This document shows, piece after piece, positions 1-12,887 of a DNA stretch of 64,000 nt. A program made the position numbers and the translations under genes. The first letter of the stretch is position 1. The number at the start of each line of letters is the position of its first letter. Under the pieces are notes generated by a model. The model ran no database searches. It was not told where the DNA came from and worked only from the letters and a program-made list of their open reading frames with translations. The stretch is from contig NW_027590170.1 in assembly GCF_964213995.1 (NCBI RefSeq), positions 744,001-808,000 on the forward strand, written 5' to 3'. Origin of the DNA: Mustelus asterias. Taxonomy: Eukaryota.

Positions 1-1348
1 GGTGGTTGGTAAATTGATGGAAAAGGTCCTTAGGGATGGGAATACGACCATTTAGAAAGATGCGGATTAATCCGGGATAGTCAGCACGAATTCGTGAAGG
101 GCAAGTCATGCCTCACAAATTTGATTGAATTCTTTGAGGAGGTAACTAAGTGTGTTGATGAAGGTAGGGCGGTTCATGTCATATACATGGATTTTAGTAA
201 GGCGTTTGATAAGGTCCCCCATGGTCGGCTTATGATGAAAGTGAGGAGGTGTGGGATAGAGGGAAAGTTGGTCGATTGGATAGGTAACTGGCTATCTGAT
301 CGAAGACAGAGGGTGGTGGTGGATGGAAAATTTTCGGGCTGGAGGCAGGTTGCTAGCGGAGTGCCACAGGGATCAGTGCTTGGTCCTCTGCTCTTTGTGA
401 TTTTTATTAATGACTTAGAGGAGGGGGCTGAAGGGTGGATCAGTAAATTTGCTGATGACACCAAGATAGGTGGAGTAGTGGATGAGGTGGAGGGCTGTTG
501 TCGGCGGCAAAGAGACATAGATAGGATGCAAAGCTGGGCTGAAAAATGGCAAATGGAGTTCAACCCTGATAAATGTGAGGTGATTCATTTTGGTAGGACT
601 AATTTAAATGTGGCTTGCAGGGTCAAAGGTAGGGTTCTGAAGACTGTGGAGGAACAGAGAGATCTTGGTGTCCATATCCACAGATCTCTAAAGGTTGCCA
701 CTCAAGCGGATAGAGCTGTGAAGAAGGCCGATAGTGTGTTAGCTTTTATTAACAGGGGGTTGGAGTTTAAGAACCACGGGGCTATGCTGCAAATGTACAG
801 GACCTTGGTGAGACCACATTTGGAATATTGTGTGCAGTTCTGGTCACCTCACTATAAGAAGGATGTGGAAGCGCTGGAAAGAGTGCAGAGGAGTTTTACC
901 AGGATGCGGCCTGGTTTGGAGGGTAGGTGTTATGAGGAAAGGTTGCGGGAGCGAGGGCTGTTCTCTCTGGAGCGGAGGAGGCTGAGGGGAGACTTAATAG
1001 AGGTTTATAAAATGATGAAGGGGATAGATAGAGTGAATGTTCAAAGACAATTTCCTCGGGTGGATGGAACTATTACAAGGGGGCATAACTATAGGGTTCG
1101 TGGTGGGAGATATAGGAAGGATATCAGAGGTAGGTTCTTTACGCAGAGAGTGGTTGGGGTGTGGAATGGATTGCCTGCAGTGATAGTGGAGTCAGACACT
1201 TTAGGAACATTTACGCGGTTATTGGATGGGCACATGGAGCACACAAGGATGATAGGGAGTGGGATAGCTTGATCTTGGTTTCTGATAAAGCTCGGCACAA
1301 CATCGTGGGCCGAAGGGCCTATTCTGTGCTGCACTGTTCTATGTTCTA
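1..1348 (+). mobile_element. CR1 LINE 3' part (ORF2 reverse transcriptase + 3' tail), subfamily A; runs off the window start
   Basis: ORF 94-1272 has RT motifs YMDFSKAFDKVPH, SGVPQGSVLGP, FADD; ends in tgttctatgttcta; near-identical to 17080-18432. Confidence 0.95.
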
Positions 1349-3030
1349 AAACTCTCCCCAACGCCCCACCATGAACTGAGTAAATCCTGCCGTGGTTCGA
1401 TCTACCAAAATGCATCACCTCACATTTATCTGAAGTAAATTCCATCTGCCAGTCGTCAGGCCACTGGCCCAATTGATCAAAATCCCGTTGCAGTCCTTGA
1501 AACCCTTCTTTACAGTCCACTATGCCACCTATCTAGATGTCATCTGCAAACTTACAAACTGTGCCTCCTAAATTATCATCCAAATCACGAACATAAATGA
1601 CAAAAACGGTGGACCCAACACCGATCCCTGAGACAAACCGCTGGTCACAGGCCTCCGGGTTTGAAAAACAACTTTTGGCACCACCCTTTGTGTTCTGTCA
1701 TCAAGCCAATTTTGTACCTATTTGTCATCTCACCCTGGATTCCGTGGGAATGAACCTTATGCAACAACCTATCATGTGATACCTTGTCGAAGCCCTTGCT
1801 AAAGCCCATGTAGTCAACATCAACTGCATTGCTCATGTACCTTCTTGGTTACCCCTTCAAAAAACTGCATTTAATTTGTGAGAAATGATGTTCCACTCAC
1901 AATGCCATGCTGACTCTCCCTAATCAGTCCTTGCCTCTCTAAATGCCTATCGATCCTGTCTCTCAGAATGCCTTCTAAAAACTTACCCATTACAGATATG
2001 AGGCTCATCTCCCTGTAGTTTCCAGGCTTTTCCGTGCAGCCTATTTTAATCAAATACACAACATTTGCCACCCTCCAGTCTTCAGGCACCTCACTGTGGC
2101 TGGCCATGATTCAAATATCTCTGCCAGGGGAAAGTCAATTTCCTCTTTCGCCCCCCCCCCCCCCCCCCGCCTCCCACAACGTCCTGTTATACACTTCATC
2201 AGGTCCCTGGGATGTATCTAGCTTGATGCACTTTATGACATCCAGCACCTCCGTCTCTGTTACACGCCTCAAGACATCACTATTTATTTCCCTAAGTTCC
2301 CGAACATTTTTTGCCTTTTACAAAACTAAATACCGATAAGAAATATTCATTTATCATTTCACCCTTCTCTTGTGGATCCGCACATAAATTACCTTGTTGA
2401 TTCTTAATAGGTCCTACTCTCTCCCCTAGTTACTCTTTTACCCTTCATACATTTGTAGAAACTCTTTTGATTCTGCTTTGCCTTATCTGCCAAAACATTC
2501 TCGTGTCCTCTTTTTGCTCTCCTGAATCCTCTTATCTCTGCTTCTACACCCTCTATATTCTTCAAGGATGCATTTGATCCCAGCTGCCGGTGTATGACAT
2601 TTATCTCATTCTTCTTCTTGACCAGGGCCTCAATATCCCCAGTTATCCAGCGTTCCCTCGTTCTACCAGCCTTGCCCATCACGGTAAGAGGAATGTGCTT
2701 GTCCTGATACCTGGTTAACAGACTGTTGAAAGCGTCCCACTTACCAGACGCCTTTGCCTGCCAGCAAATTCCCCAATTAACTTTTGAAAGTTCCTGTCTG
2801 ATAACATTAATATTGGCCTTGCCCCAATTTAGAATTTTAACTTTTGCGCCAGACCTATTGTTCTCCATAGCTATCTTAAAACTAATGGAATTATGGTCAC
2901 TCGTCCCAAAGTGATCCCTCACTCTCCTTGTGTCACCTGCTCTTCCTTATTTCCCAAGAGGAGATCAAGTTTCTCCCCCTCTCTCGTCGGAACATTGACA
3001 TACTGAATGAGAAGTTCCTCCTGAATAAAC
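1349..3030 (-). mobile_element. Degenerate CR1 LINE fragment (APE C-terminus to RT)
   Basis: Broken minus-strand ORFs: SDHNSISF, VPEDWRVANV, DFSK-like, WQMEF..DKCEVMHFG. Confidence 0.9.
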
Positions 3031-3039
3031 TCGAAATTA

Positions 3040-3950
3040 AGGCAACATCGCCAAATTTGCAGATGACTCAAAAATAGGCGGGACAGTAAGTTGCAAGGAG
3101 GAAATAAAAAAAAATAATAATGAAAAAAGTAGGTTAGGAGAGTGGGCGAAAATGTGGCAGATGGAGTTTAAGGTGAATAAGTGTGAAATCTTGCATTTTG
3201 GTCAGAAAAATGGGAGGACGACTTACTATCTAAATGGGGAGAGACTTTGGGATACTCCGGTGCAGAGGGATCTGGGTGTCTTCGTTCATGAGTCACAGGA
3301 ATCTGCCATGCAGACAGCAGACAAATAAAGCGAAAGGAATGTTGGCAGCTATAGCTAAAGGCATAGAATATAAAGACAAGGAAGTATTGCTGCAACTATA
3401 CAAGGTATTGGTGAGGCCGCACCTGAAGTATTGTACGCAGTTTTGTTCCGCTTATTTGAGGAAAGATGTTGTGGCATTGGAGGCAGTCCAGAGGAGGTTC
3501 ACCAGATTGATTCCAGAGATGAAGTGTTTGTCGCATGCAGAGAGATTGAACAGTTTAGGCCTGTACTCTCTGGAATTGAGAAGAATGAGGGGAGATCAAA
3601 TTGAGGTGTACAAGATGATAAAAGGCATGGATAAGGTAGACGTGGAACGAATGCTTCGGCTGTTGGGGCATTCTAAGATGGGATGTCATGGACTTAGGAT
3701 GAGGGGTAGCAAATTTAAACTGAGTTGAGGAGGAACTACTTCTCCCAAAGGGTTTTGAATCTGTCGAATTCGCTAACCCAAAGTGCAGTGGATGCTGGGA
3801 CAGTGAGTAAATTTAAGGAGGAATGAGACAGATTTTTAATTGGTTGAAGGGTTCTGGGATGAGGACCATATCCTCCATGATTGAATGGCGGAGCGGATTC
3901 GACGGGCCGAATGACCTAATTCTGCTCCGATATCTTGTGACCTCTTATGG
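3040..3950 (+). mobile_element. Degenerate CR1 LINE 3' fragment
   Basis: ORF 3234-3728 LYKVLVRPHLKYC..LEAVQRRFTRLIP; CR1-type 3' UTR. Confidence 0.9.
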
Positions 3951-4415
3951 CAGGGAGCAGACGGTGATGGTTGTGACAGATTTTCAGAGTGGAAGAGTAT
4001 GTCTCCTGAGGGCCCCAAGGGATCAGTGTTTTTGCATCTGCAGTTTGCATGAGTGATTTCGATTTGAATGTTCGAGGCTTGAGCAATAAATTGGCATTTG
4101 ATACAAACATTTGCGAGGTGGTAGATAAGGCGGAGGTAATCTTGGTTCACAGAAGGATATAGATGACCTGGTCAGATAGGCTGGGCTATTGCAAATGGAA
4201 TTCGATCCGGCTCAATGTGAGGCGATGTGCTCGGGCAGGACCAACAAGGCAAGGGAATACATGATAAACGCAGGACCCTGGGAATCTCAGAGGGGCATTG
4301 GTGAGCATGTCCAGTGGTCCCTGAATGTCACACGACAGGTGGATAAAACGGGTAATTGAATGAAAGAGGTCAAACTATTTGTGTGTCCTCATTTGGAGCT
4401 GGTGGCCATGTTCCT

Positions 4416-4487
4416 GGGTCTATGTTGTAATGGTGAGCACTCTGGACTCTGAATCCAGTGATCCGAGCTCAAATCTCGGTGGAACCT
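4416..4487 (+). tRNA. tRNA-Gln(CTG), probably pseudogene
   Basis: 72-nt match to vertebrate tRNA-Gln-CTG; acceptor-stem G:A mismatch, G10>T, T-arm GAGCTCAA instead of GAGTTCAA. Confidence 0.8.
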
Positions 4488-4777
4488 TGCCTTCCTTTCC
4501 CAAAGCCGATAATGATTTTGCTGAAGGGACTTTTATTTAAAATTCTCAGAAAGTCGAAATCTAAACACTGAGGTAATTTCGGCATATTCCACCGCAATCA
4601 CTTTGCAGATGATGCAACGAATGGCGCCCCTGTCGTCATTGCATCAGACCCAGAGGACGTTTGCTCGAGAATAAAAAGCGCTGAGAGGCAGAGAAGCCAC
4701 AGCGGACAGGGGTCCACCTACGGGTGCCATTCAGTCACCCACCTGTCCCAATTTAAACAATTGTTCGGACGCCGAAT

Positions 4778-4809
4778 GTCCAGAGTGTGAACCGTTACAC
4801 CATGGAACC
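4778..4809 (-). pseudogene. tRNA-Gln 5' half
   Basis: Reverse complement GGTTCCATGGTGTAACGGTTCACACTCTGGAC, truncated at the anticodon loop. Confidence 0.75.
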
Positions 4810-5141
4810 GATAGCACTCTGATATAAGACACTCTGATCTCCCAAAACGCACCTATGCACAGGCACACACACACACACACACACACAGAGAAACTCACAA
4901 ACTTGATCAATAATTGCCGGACTCCAGCCCAATGGTTGTGGTTGTGTGACACCAACTGCCCCTTTCTTTCAACAGAGGAATTAAAGGGTAGCGAAAAGAT
5001 GAAAAAAAAACACTGATGGTGCAGGCATCTGTCGCCAGAGGCTCAGCAATGTGCATTGTAATAGCAGCTGAACAGGCTGACAAAATTGTCGTTGGCATTC
5101 CTGCTTTGTGAGAAATTTAAACGAAATGTCCATCAACAAAT

Positions 5142-5484
5142 GGGGCGGTACGGTATCACAGTGGTTAGCAATGCTGCTTCACAGCTCCAGAGACCTGGGT
5201 TCGATTCCCGGCTTGGGTCACTGTCTGTGTGGAGTTTGCACATTCTCCTCGTGCCTGCGTGGATTTCCTACGGGTGGTCTGGTTTCCTCCCACATTCCAA
5301 AGATGTGCGGGTTAGGTTGATTGGCAATGCTAAAATTGCTCTTAGTGTCGTGCGATGCGTAGATTAGAGGGATTAGTGGGTAAATATATAGGGTTATGGG
5401 GGTGGAGCCTGGGTGGGATTGTGGTCGGTGCAGACTCGATAGGCCAAGTGGCCTCTTTCTGTGCTTATAGGGTTTCTAAGATTC
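5142..5484 (+). mobile_element. tRNA-derived shark SINE (HE1/V-SINE type)
   Basis: A/B boxes (gtggttagc, ggttcgattcc), central ctgtgtggagtttgcacattctc domain, CR1-like tail; many copies in window. Confidence 0.85.
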
Positions 5485-5528
5485 AAATCAACCCTCAGCA
5501 ACGTCAAAGAAAAGCAAGGATCAGTCTG

Positions 5529-5560
5529 GTTCAGAGTGCTCACCATTGGACCAGAGAACC
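5529..5560 (-). pseudogene. tRNA-Gln remnant, internally deleted
   Basis: Reverse complement GGTTCTCTGGTCCAATGGTGAGCACTCTGAAC followed shortly by the same tgcttttcttt 3' flank as the 5678 copy. Confidence 0.65.
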
Positions 5561-5677
5561 TCCAACATTGGGGCCGGCTACAAATGGCCGCTTAAAGGAT
5601 TTGACCTTCCTGCTGTTGCTGCCACATTGAATGAAAGGGGTCACGTGCTTTGAGTGACCACTTGCAGCTGGCTTCTG

Positions 5678-5749
5678 GGTTCTGTGTTGTAATGGCCAGA
5701 ACTCTGGACTCTGAATCCAGCGATCCAAGTTTAGATCTTGGTGGGATCT
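5678..5749 (+). pseudogene. tRNA-Gln(CTG) pseudogene
   Basis: 72-nt match with intact anticodon arm CTGGACTCTGAATCCAG but mutated D-arm, B box and acceptor stem. Confidence 0.8.
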
Positions 5750-5949
5750 TGCTTTTCTTTGCTGAAGCCGCTGATTGTTTTTACTCAAGGGCATTTTAAT
5801 CAAAATCCTCAGAACGTGGTACACTGAGAAAAATTCACCAAATTCCACCATAATCACATTGCAGACGCTGCAGCGAATGACTCTCCTGGCGTCATTGCAT
5901 CAGCCCCAGAAGACGATTGCTCAGAATACCAAGAGCTCAGTGGCAGAAA

Positions 5950-6256
5950 CATAGATAGCCTTAGAGTACAGAAGGAAGCCATTCGGCCCACCAAGTCTGC
6001 ACCAACAACAATCCCACACAGGCCCTATCCCCGTAACTCCACATATGTGCCCTGTTTGCTCCCTGCCACTGCGGGCAATGCAACATGGTCAATCAACCTA
6101 ACCCGCACACCTTTGCATTGTGCGCTGGATGCTCGGTTTCTCTCCACACACGCAGACACGGGGGGAATGTTCAAACTCCACACAGACAGTGACCCGTATT
6201 GAATTCTGCACCAATGCGCTGTGAGCCAGCAATGCTACCTAATGTGCCACAGTGTC
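5950..6256 (-). mobile_element. HE1/V-SINE-type SINE (diverged)
   Basis: Reverse complement of the 5142 SINE; interrupts the duplicated tRNA-Gln 3' flank. Confidence 0.75.
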
Positions 6257-7329
6257 AGAAAAGACACAGAGGGCAGGGAGTCTCCCTACCGATGTCACCC
6301 ACTGAGTTATCGTTCACAATTTAAACAAATATTAGGTCGATGAGAGTCGTGATTCCTATGGATTGAAGGAACGCATCGGTTAGGTTTTTGGAGTCGGACA
6401 GAAAGAGAACATGTCCCCTTTTCTTTGTTTTTTGCCATTTTGCTTTCGGCCCACGTCCAATCCTTGATGCCCCTTGTGATCCCTTGCCCTTATATTTTGG
6501 CTTATTGTATTCTTGTCTCCTGGACCTTTTCCTTTTTTAAAAATGAATATGATTACTCTTGTTAGTTGTGAATGGCGACGCCGACAAAGTGTTTAAAATA
6601 ACGCAGTCAAATGCAATTAAAATCTCGTGTGAGTGGAATTAAGATGGAGTTGTGGGGGGAGAGGAGGAAGACAGAGTGATGGTCGAGTTCTGCCGTATTG
6701 TAGGTGGTTGGGGGGAGGTAGTTGTTGAGGTGGTGTGTGTCGGGGGAGGGGACGGTTAGGTTGGGGTTTCTGTGTTTCTGTGGCTTTGGCGTAAATCTTA
6801 AGGTAATGTGTGCGCTGGAGAGTTTTTTGTGGCTTTCCTGGCTGGGGAGGTTTTGTGCCTGTTGCGGAGTGAGACTCTGTTTTTTTTGTTTTCTGGGCAG
6901 ACGGGGATTGGGGTGTGTGGTTTGGTGGTAGCAGGTGGGCTACTGAGGGCAGCTCAGGAGGTTGTGGGGGGAATTCTTGGGGCTTTCCTGATCAGAAAAT
7001 TGGTGGTTATGTTGTGTTTTGAAGGGTGGTTTGTTGTCTTCCCATGCCTTGACACTTTCGCCGCCCGTGTGTGTCTCCAAGGGTGGACGGGGTGAGGGGG
7101 CTCCCGGACCACTTGGGATGGAGTGACCTTTTATTTCTGAGTGTTCAATGTTGTGGTGGGCAGGATGGTGTTGTGTGGATTCGGGTGGTATGTGTCGGAT
7201 TGGTGTGGAGGCATTGGTTGGCGGAGCGAGGGAGTCTACGGGCATCCTCGTTTATTTGGGTGGTTCATGGGTTTGTCGTGAGGCAAGAACTTTTGGCAGG
7301 ACAAAAATGACTTCTGTTACCATTTATTT

Positions 7330-7582
7330 ATTTCTTAATTAGTGTCCCAATAGGCTTACATTAACGATGCAATTAAGTTACTGTGAAAGGGTACACTGAG
7401 GGAGAATTTATCACGGACAATCCACATAACATACACATCTTTGGAGTGTGGGAGGAAACCGGAGCACCTGGAGGAAACTCACGCAGACACGGGGAGAACG
7501 TGCAAACTCTGCACAATGGTCCAAGTCAAGCCGGGTCTCTGACGCCGTGAGACAGCACTGCTTACCACGGTGCCACCGTCCC
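7330..7582 (-). mobile_element. V-SINE-type SINE
   Basis: tgtgggaggaaaccggagcacc..cacgcagacacggggagaacgtgcaaactc core. Confidence 0.75.
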
Positions 7583-9359
7583 GGCCCATAAATTAATGAT
7601 TTCACATGTATTGTATCATTTTAAAGTGATCCAGTGGGTTAGTTGTTGCCCTTCTTAGGAGAGTTTCATCTGTCAGTTATTGTGTGTTACTCTGTGACCA
7701 GGGTTCGTTCCATTGTTCAAGGTGATTCAAAGAATATAGACATTCGCATGTTTAAGGGAGAGCCCGTTTGTTAGTTGCGACAAGCTATCCTGTGTCCAGG
7801 TTTGTCCTATTGATTCGGGTGATCGAATACTTAATGATTGATATTTTTCCGAGACCTGCCCGTGGATTGTACAGAGTCGCCATGTGGCCATTCTGTCCTC
7901 CATTTTATATCTTACATGAAAAAAATACAGATTTATATTTTGTTTTAGTGGTTTACACTTCGCCGAGTCGATTATTTCTACCGTTCTTTTAGGTCCCTAT
8001 GTGTTTTGGATTAGCCCCATTGATTAAGGTGAACCTATGTCAATCCGCGGACCGTGTCCAGGGCACACGGTCTGAGAGTCTTTATTTATGTGTGGATGTG
8101 GAAAATTCACTCACCCTAGGGCTGTAGGATGCCAAGGCCAGATCCAGCTGAGGTTCATTTAGCTCCCATTCGTCCCACTTCCAAGGCTGGCGGTGGATAG
8201 TGTCAGGCCATTCTTACATTTCCTCTCCAGTAGAGTCCCAACTGGGGTTTAATCTTGCTTATTTAGCTTGCATCCCGACCGGTTTCGCTGCTTCCTTACG
8301 CTTCATCAAGGGAAGGAAGAGTTGTTCTCACTGTCCTGTCCTTCGTGTGCTTTTCGTGGCCTTTTCGGATAGTGTGTCGTCCAGCAATTTTGGGGTGAGT
8401 GAGTGCTCTGTGTTCAGCTCGTGTTCCGTGCTACCTCTGCGGGTAAAGGAAGTTTCCCCTCTCCACCTGTACTGCATATGGCCTTAAGTAGCGCCAATTC
8501 TTGTCCCGGAGTGACAGGAAGCTGTTGAAACGCATTGGTTCTCTGTAGCTTTTGAATTCACCCCCTCCCAATCATTGACTGACAGGGAAACGGTGTGCTG
8601 TGTTCTCAGTTTTGTGTTCCCTCAATCTATGGTTCTGTGGTTAGGGCGGGTTGAGGATGTTTTTTGCTTGGATGGGCGGGTGTTTGTTTTTTTGGTTCTG
8701 CTTTCGAATCTCTGTTGTCCCCTTATGCCCTGTGTGGTAACCTCTTTTAATATTTTGGTTCCTGGTTCAGTCCTTGCGTTGCATTCCTGGTATTTGTGGG
8801 GGAGGGATATTCCTTTTTCCCTCTGTGATATTCTGTGCCAGTGGTGGTCTCTTGGTCTCTTCTTGGAGGCTTTGGCAGTGTCTGGCAGTCAATAAGTCTT
8901 CAAGTGTGGTTGCCTCTCGTCCTTGTATATGGTCTGGTCAGGAGCGTGGAGGGTAAGGGAGCGAAGCTTCTTCCTGGTTTTTCTTATTGATTCGTGAGGG
9001 GGAAAGTGGGAGGGTCGAGGTGAACCAAGCAGAGGGTTGGTGGGACATCTTTTGTAATGGTGTTGGGCTTGGGTAGTGGGGTTTTATTTGTGGGGCAGGG
9101 TGTCTTTTTGATGGTTTTGGGTACGTGTAGTGCTGTGGGGGGGGCGTGGGGGTGGGTGCTTCGTATCATCTGGGTGGTGTTGTGTTCTGGGGGATGCAAT
9201 GAATCTTTTTGTCTGTAGCTTAGGGAGAGATTATTCTCTGTCGACGAGACTATTTGCTTTTTAAGTGGTGGAATATCTTCTTTGTTTCATTTTGGATTAT
9301 TTCCTTTCCCCTTTTTAAAGTCCGTATTCTTGTTTTTTTTATTGGCTTTATGTCACCGA

Positions 9360-9449
9360 GGGTTAGGGTTAATGTTAGGGTTCGGATTAGTTAGTTATTT
9401 CGGGTTGGGGTTAGTTTTAGTGTCAAGGTTAGAGTTAGGGTTCGGGTTA
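9360..9449 (+). repeat. Degenerate (TTAGGG)n-like repeat
   Basis: gggttagggttaatgttagggttcgg..ggggttag..ggttagagttagggttcgggtta. Confidence 0.6.
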
Positions 9450-9549
9450 CAATGTGCAAACTCCACACAGACAGTGACCGGAGGCCGGAATTGAACCCGG
9501 GTCCCTGGCGCTGTGACGCAACAGTGCTAACCATTGTGTCACCTTGCCG
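9450..9549 (-). mobile_element. SINE 5' (tRNA-derived) fragment
   Basis: tgtgcaaactccacacagacagtgacc..ttgaacccggg..cagtgctaacca. Confidence 0.75.
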
Positions 9550-9693
9550 TAGTTGCAATAATCTCTTTGTTCTTTTAAATTTAATTAATGCGAAAGATCA
9601 AGCAACCTAATTATCTCCCTGGAGCATGACATCGCGTATAAATGTGACAATTTTTCAATGTAGTGCAAACCACGATCAGCGCTTCTGGAAGAA

Positions 9694-12600
9694 ATGCATG
9701 GAATACCAGAAGGTCTGGTATTTGCCATTTATTATCCAGTCATAGCAGCTATCGGAGTTTCAGGTAAAATATCTCAGTTATTTAGTTGCTGGCGAAAAAT
9801 ATTGTTTGGTTGCATTAATTCCTCCACTTTATTACCACCTTATCTCAACAGCACCAAGTTCCTCCTCTCATTGAAAGGGATATAGGTTTCCCCGTCAAAG
9901 TTCTGTTTTCTGCCCTTTAACGTATTCCTCGAAAATGTCCCGTTTCTACTTCAGCAGACAATTCCTTATTTGGCATTATAATTTAACTATTCCCTGACAT
10001 AATTTTTCGATGTTCATTCCATAAATTCTACAAATTTAACGGTATAATTTTACGTCCTCCCCACCGCAGTTTCTTCACATTAAATACATGATTTCACCGT
10101 GTTAACCTTATACAACCGTGCTGTGACAGGTACCATTTCATCAGTTGGTAATATAACCTGTCCCATTCACCAGTAACATCTGACAGTCGAAGTTTTACTG
10201 TGTTATTCATTCTGATTTACATTTCCGTTCTGTTATAATGGTTAAACACAATTCAATTTTGTTATTTATGTTTTGTTATTTATGTTTGTTGTTTATAAAG
10301 TTATTATGATTGTTGTGTTGGCGTTGACAATATTCCTTTGGGCGAATTCTCAAACTGAGCAGCAGAGGTACACTGTGGTTGGCACTGCTGCCTCATAGCA
10401 CAATAAACAGGGGGTCAATTCCAGAGATGTGTTGTCTGAGTGGAGTTTGCATATTCTTCGCATGTGTGCGTGAGGGTTTCCTCCAGGTGCCCAGAATACA
10501 AAACTGCGCAAGTTATGTAGATTTGCCGCGTAAAGAAGCACCTTAATGCCCATGGATGTGTACGTTAGTTGGATTAGCAATGGTAAATGCGCGGGATTAC
10601 AGGGACAGGGCGGACAGAAGGGCATGGATGGGATGTTAGAATAGAATAGAATAGAAACCCTACAGTGCAGAAGGAGGCCATTCGGCCCATCGAGTCTGCA
10701 CCGACCACAATCCCACCCAGGCCCTACCCCCACATATTTACCCACTAATCCCTCTAACCTACGCATCCCAGGACTCTAAGGGGCAATTTTTAACCTGGCC
10801 AAACAACCTAACCCGCACATCTTTGGACTGTGGGAGGAAACCGGAGCACCCGGAGGAAACCCACGCAGACACGAGGAGAATGTGCAAACTCCACACAGAC
10901 AGTGACCCGAGCCGGGAACCGAACCCGGGACCCTGGAGCTGTGAAGCAGCAGTGCTAACCACTGTGCGACCGTGCCGCCCGTTGTTCTGACCGAACGTCA
11001 GGGATGGATATGTAGAAGGCTGAAATAATGCAAACAGTTACCCTTTGATGAATGATTGTTATTTATCCCGAACTAACAACAATCTGTGCCTGCTCCCAGT
11101 GCCAAACACTCATTGGCTCAGCCCGGGAATCATATTTCACATTTGCTGCTCCTGATTGCTTGATTCCTTTCTGTCCCAGAACCCAGCATCGTTTCAAATT
11201 GTTCTGTTCTCTGCAAAGAGTCAAGCAAAGTAACTCGTCAAATCTCTCGTTTTATATTTCACCGGATATTTCAGATGATTATCAGGGATACAATTCAGTC
11301 TTGGCGCTGCTTCCTAAATCTGCAAGTTCCGACAACTGCTAACAATTGTCCTTTTATTTGCCTTTGTTTGAGGATTTATTCGAGAAAATTCACTGCAAAC
11401 GTTTCCAAAAGTAAATAATTTTGCTGTCATTCATGGAGCCATATTTAATACGCATTGAAATATAATCCGTGACCATATTAACTTCCGCACTTATTATTGG
11501 ATATTTTCCAATTTATCTTCTCCAATATTTTTGAATTACTTGTTTACATGTCATTGTATTGTGCATTTAATTATTCAGTTTTGGTTTTGATATTCTTTCC
11601 ATTTCGCATTATTCCTCTCTCAGTTCTCATTAAAAATACAGTCACTTTCGTTAACATTCCTTATTATTAATAAAGATATTGTTATTAAGCAGAAACAAGT
11701 GTCCCTGAGATCAGGTATAAATTTTGCATACATCACACAGAATGCAACATCATGGATTGTTTTGTTGCGATGAATGTTCCACTTCCCATGCTTCGTCATG
11801 CACAAATTCTCACAATCTCTTTCCCTCTATTACAGCTAACACAGCAGTGATTTTGGTCCTCGCAAGAAAAAGTTGTGGTCTCTCCAGATGTATCACGTAT
11901 TACCTTGTGTCCATAGCGGTGGTGGATCTCCTGCTCATAATATCTGCTGTGATATTAAACCGGATTGCGGGAATCTTTTTTCCATTGAGCTTTTTGTCTG
12001 TAACACCAGTTTGCAGCGTCCGTACAGTCCTACATTCTACCGCCATGGACAACTCTGTCTGGTTAACCGTCGCTTTCACGTTTGATAGATTTGTGGCTAT
12101 TTGTTGCCAGAAGCTCAAAGTTAAATATTGTAATGAAAATGTGGCCACGTGGGTCATTGGAATCGTGTCCACACTCGCCTGTGTAAAAAATGTCTTTGTG
12201 TACTTTATTTATGAACCCCTGTACATAATTAACGATGTACCCTGGTTCTGCAACGTAAAGTTAATATTTTACACATCCCCTTTCTGGGCTGCTTATGACT
12301 TGATGCGTTGTATTGTCACTCCTATCCTTCCATTCATTTTGATTTTGCTGCTGAATGCTCTTACTGTAAGACACATTCTAGCGGCCAATAGAGCCCGCAG
12401 GAGACTCCGGGCCCAGAACAATGGAAAGAATCAGAGTGACCCAGAGGTGGAGAAGCGGAAAAAGTCCATTGTTTTACTCTTCACCATTTCGGGAAATTTC
12501 ATCCTGTTATACTTGTTATTTTTTATAACTATCATCTATGTCCGAATTGCGAAAGGTACGTATTGCTCAGGTTCTGGTTTCAGTAATACATTTAATCTTG

Positions 12601-12734
12601 AGGAAACTGGATATATGCTTCTGTTTTTGTGTTCCTGCATTAACCCATTGATTTATGCTGGGACTCAGAGTAAAATCAGAGCCGAGTTAAAGAATTTGGT
12701 GAAATATCCACTCAAACAATGTGTTAATTTTTAA
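9694..12734 (+). CDS. Class A GPCR, GPR139/GPR142-like; exons 9694-9763 and 11836-12734, 322 aa
   Basis: Exon 1 MHGIPEGLVFAIYYPVIAAIGVS + phase-1 GT donor splices in frame to tacag|CTAAC; about 7 hydrophobic segments, TM2 LVSIAVVDL, TM3 FTFDRFVAIC, TM7 SCINPLIY; no stops. Family assignment from motif recognition, not a search. Confidence 0.85.
10360..10636 (+). mobile_element. Old V-SINE-type copy in GPCR intron, interrupted by a younger SINE
   Basis: gtggttggcactgctgcctca..gagtttgcatattct core. Confidence 0.65.
10637..10980 (-). mobile_element. Full-length young HE1/V-SINE-type SINE with (TTCTA)n tail
   Basis: Near-identical reverse complement of the 41003 copy; agaatagaatagaatag tail. Confidence 0.9.
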
Positions 12735-12887
12735 AGATTTTGCGCATAGGCTGAACTAATGTGAATGTTATTTATTCTCAGTCAACGAAATGTTCCTTTC
12801 CGTCCGTTCATTCCTCCGTCCGTCCTTCTCCCTCTCCCCATCCATCCATCCGTCCGTTGGCCCGTCCATCCGCCCATCCATTCATCC

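Noticed and set aside
11724-11835. ORF-track N-terminal extension of the GPCR
   Set aside because: Intronic: non-ATG start, precedes a pyrimidine tract and AG; the real TM1 start is exon 9694-9763
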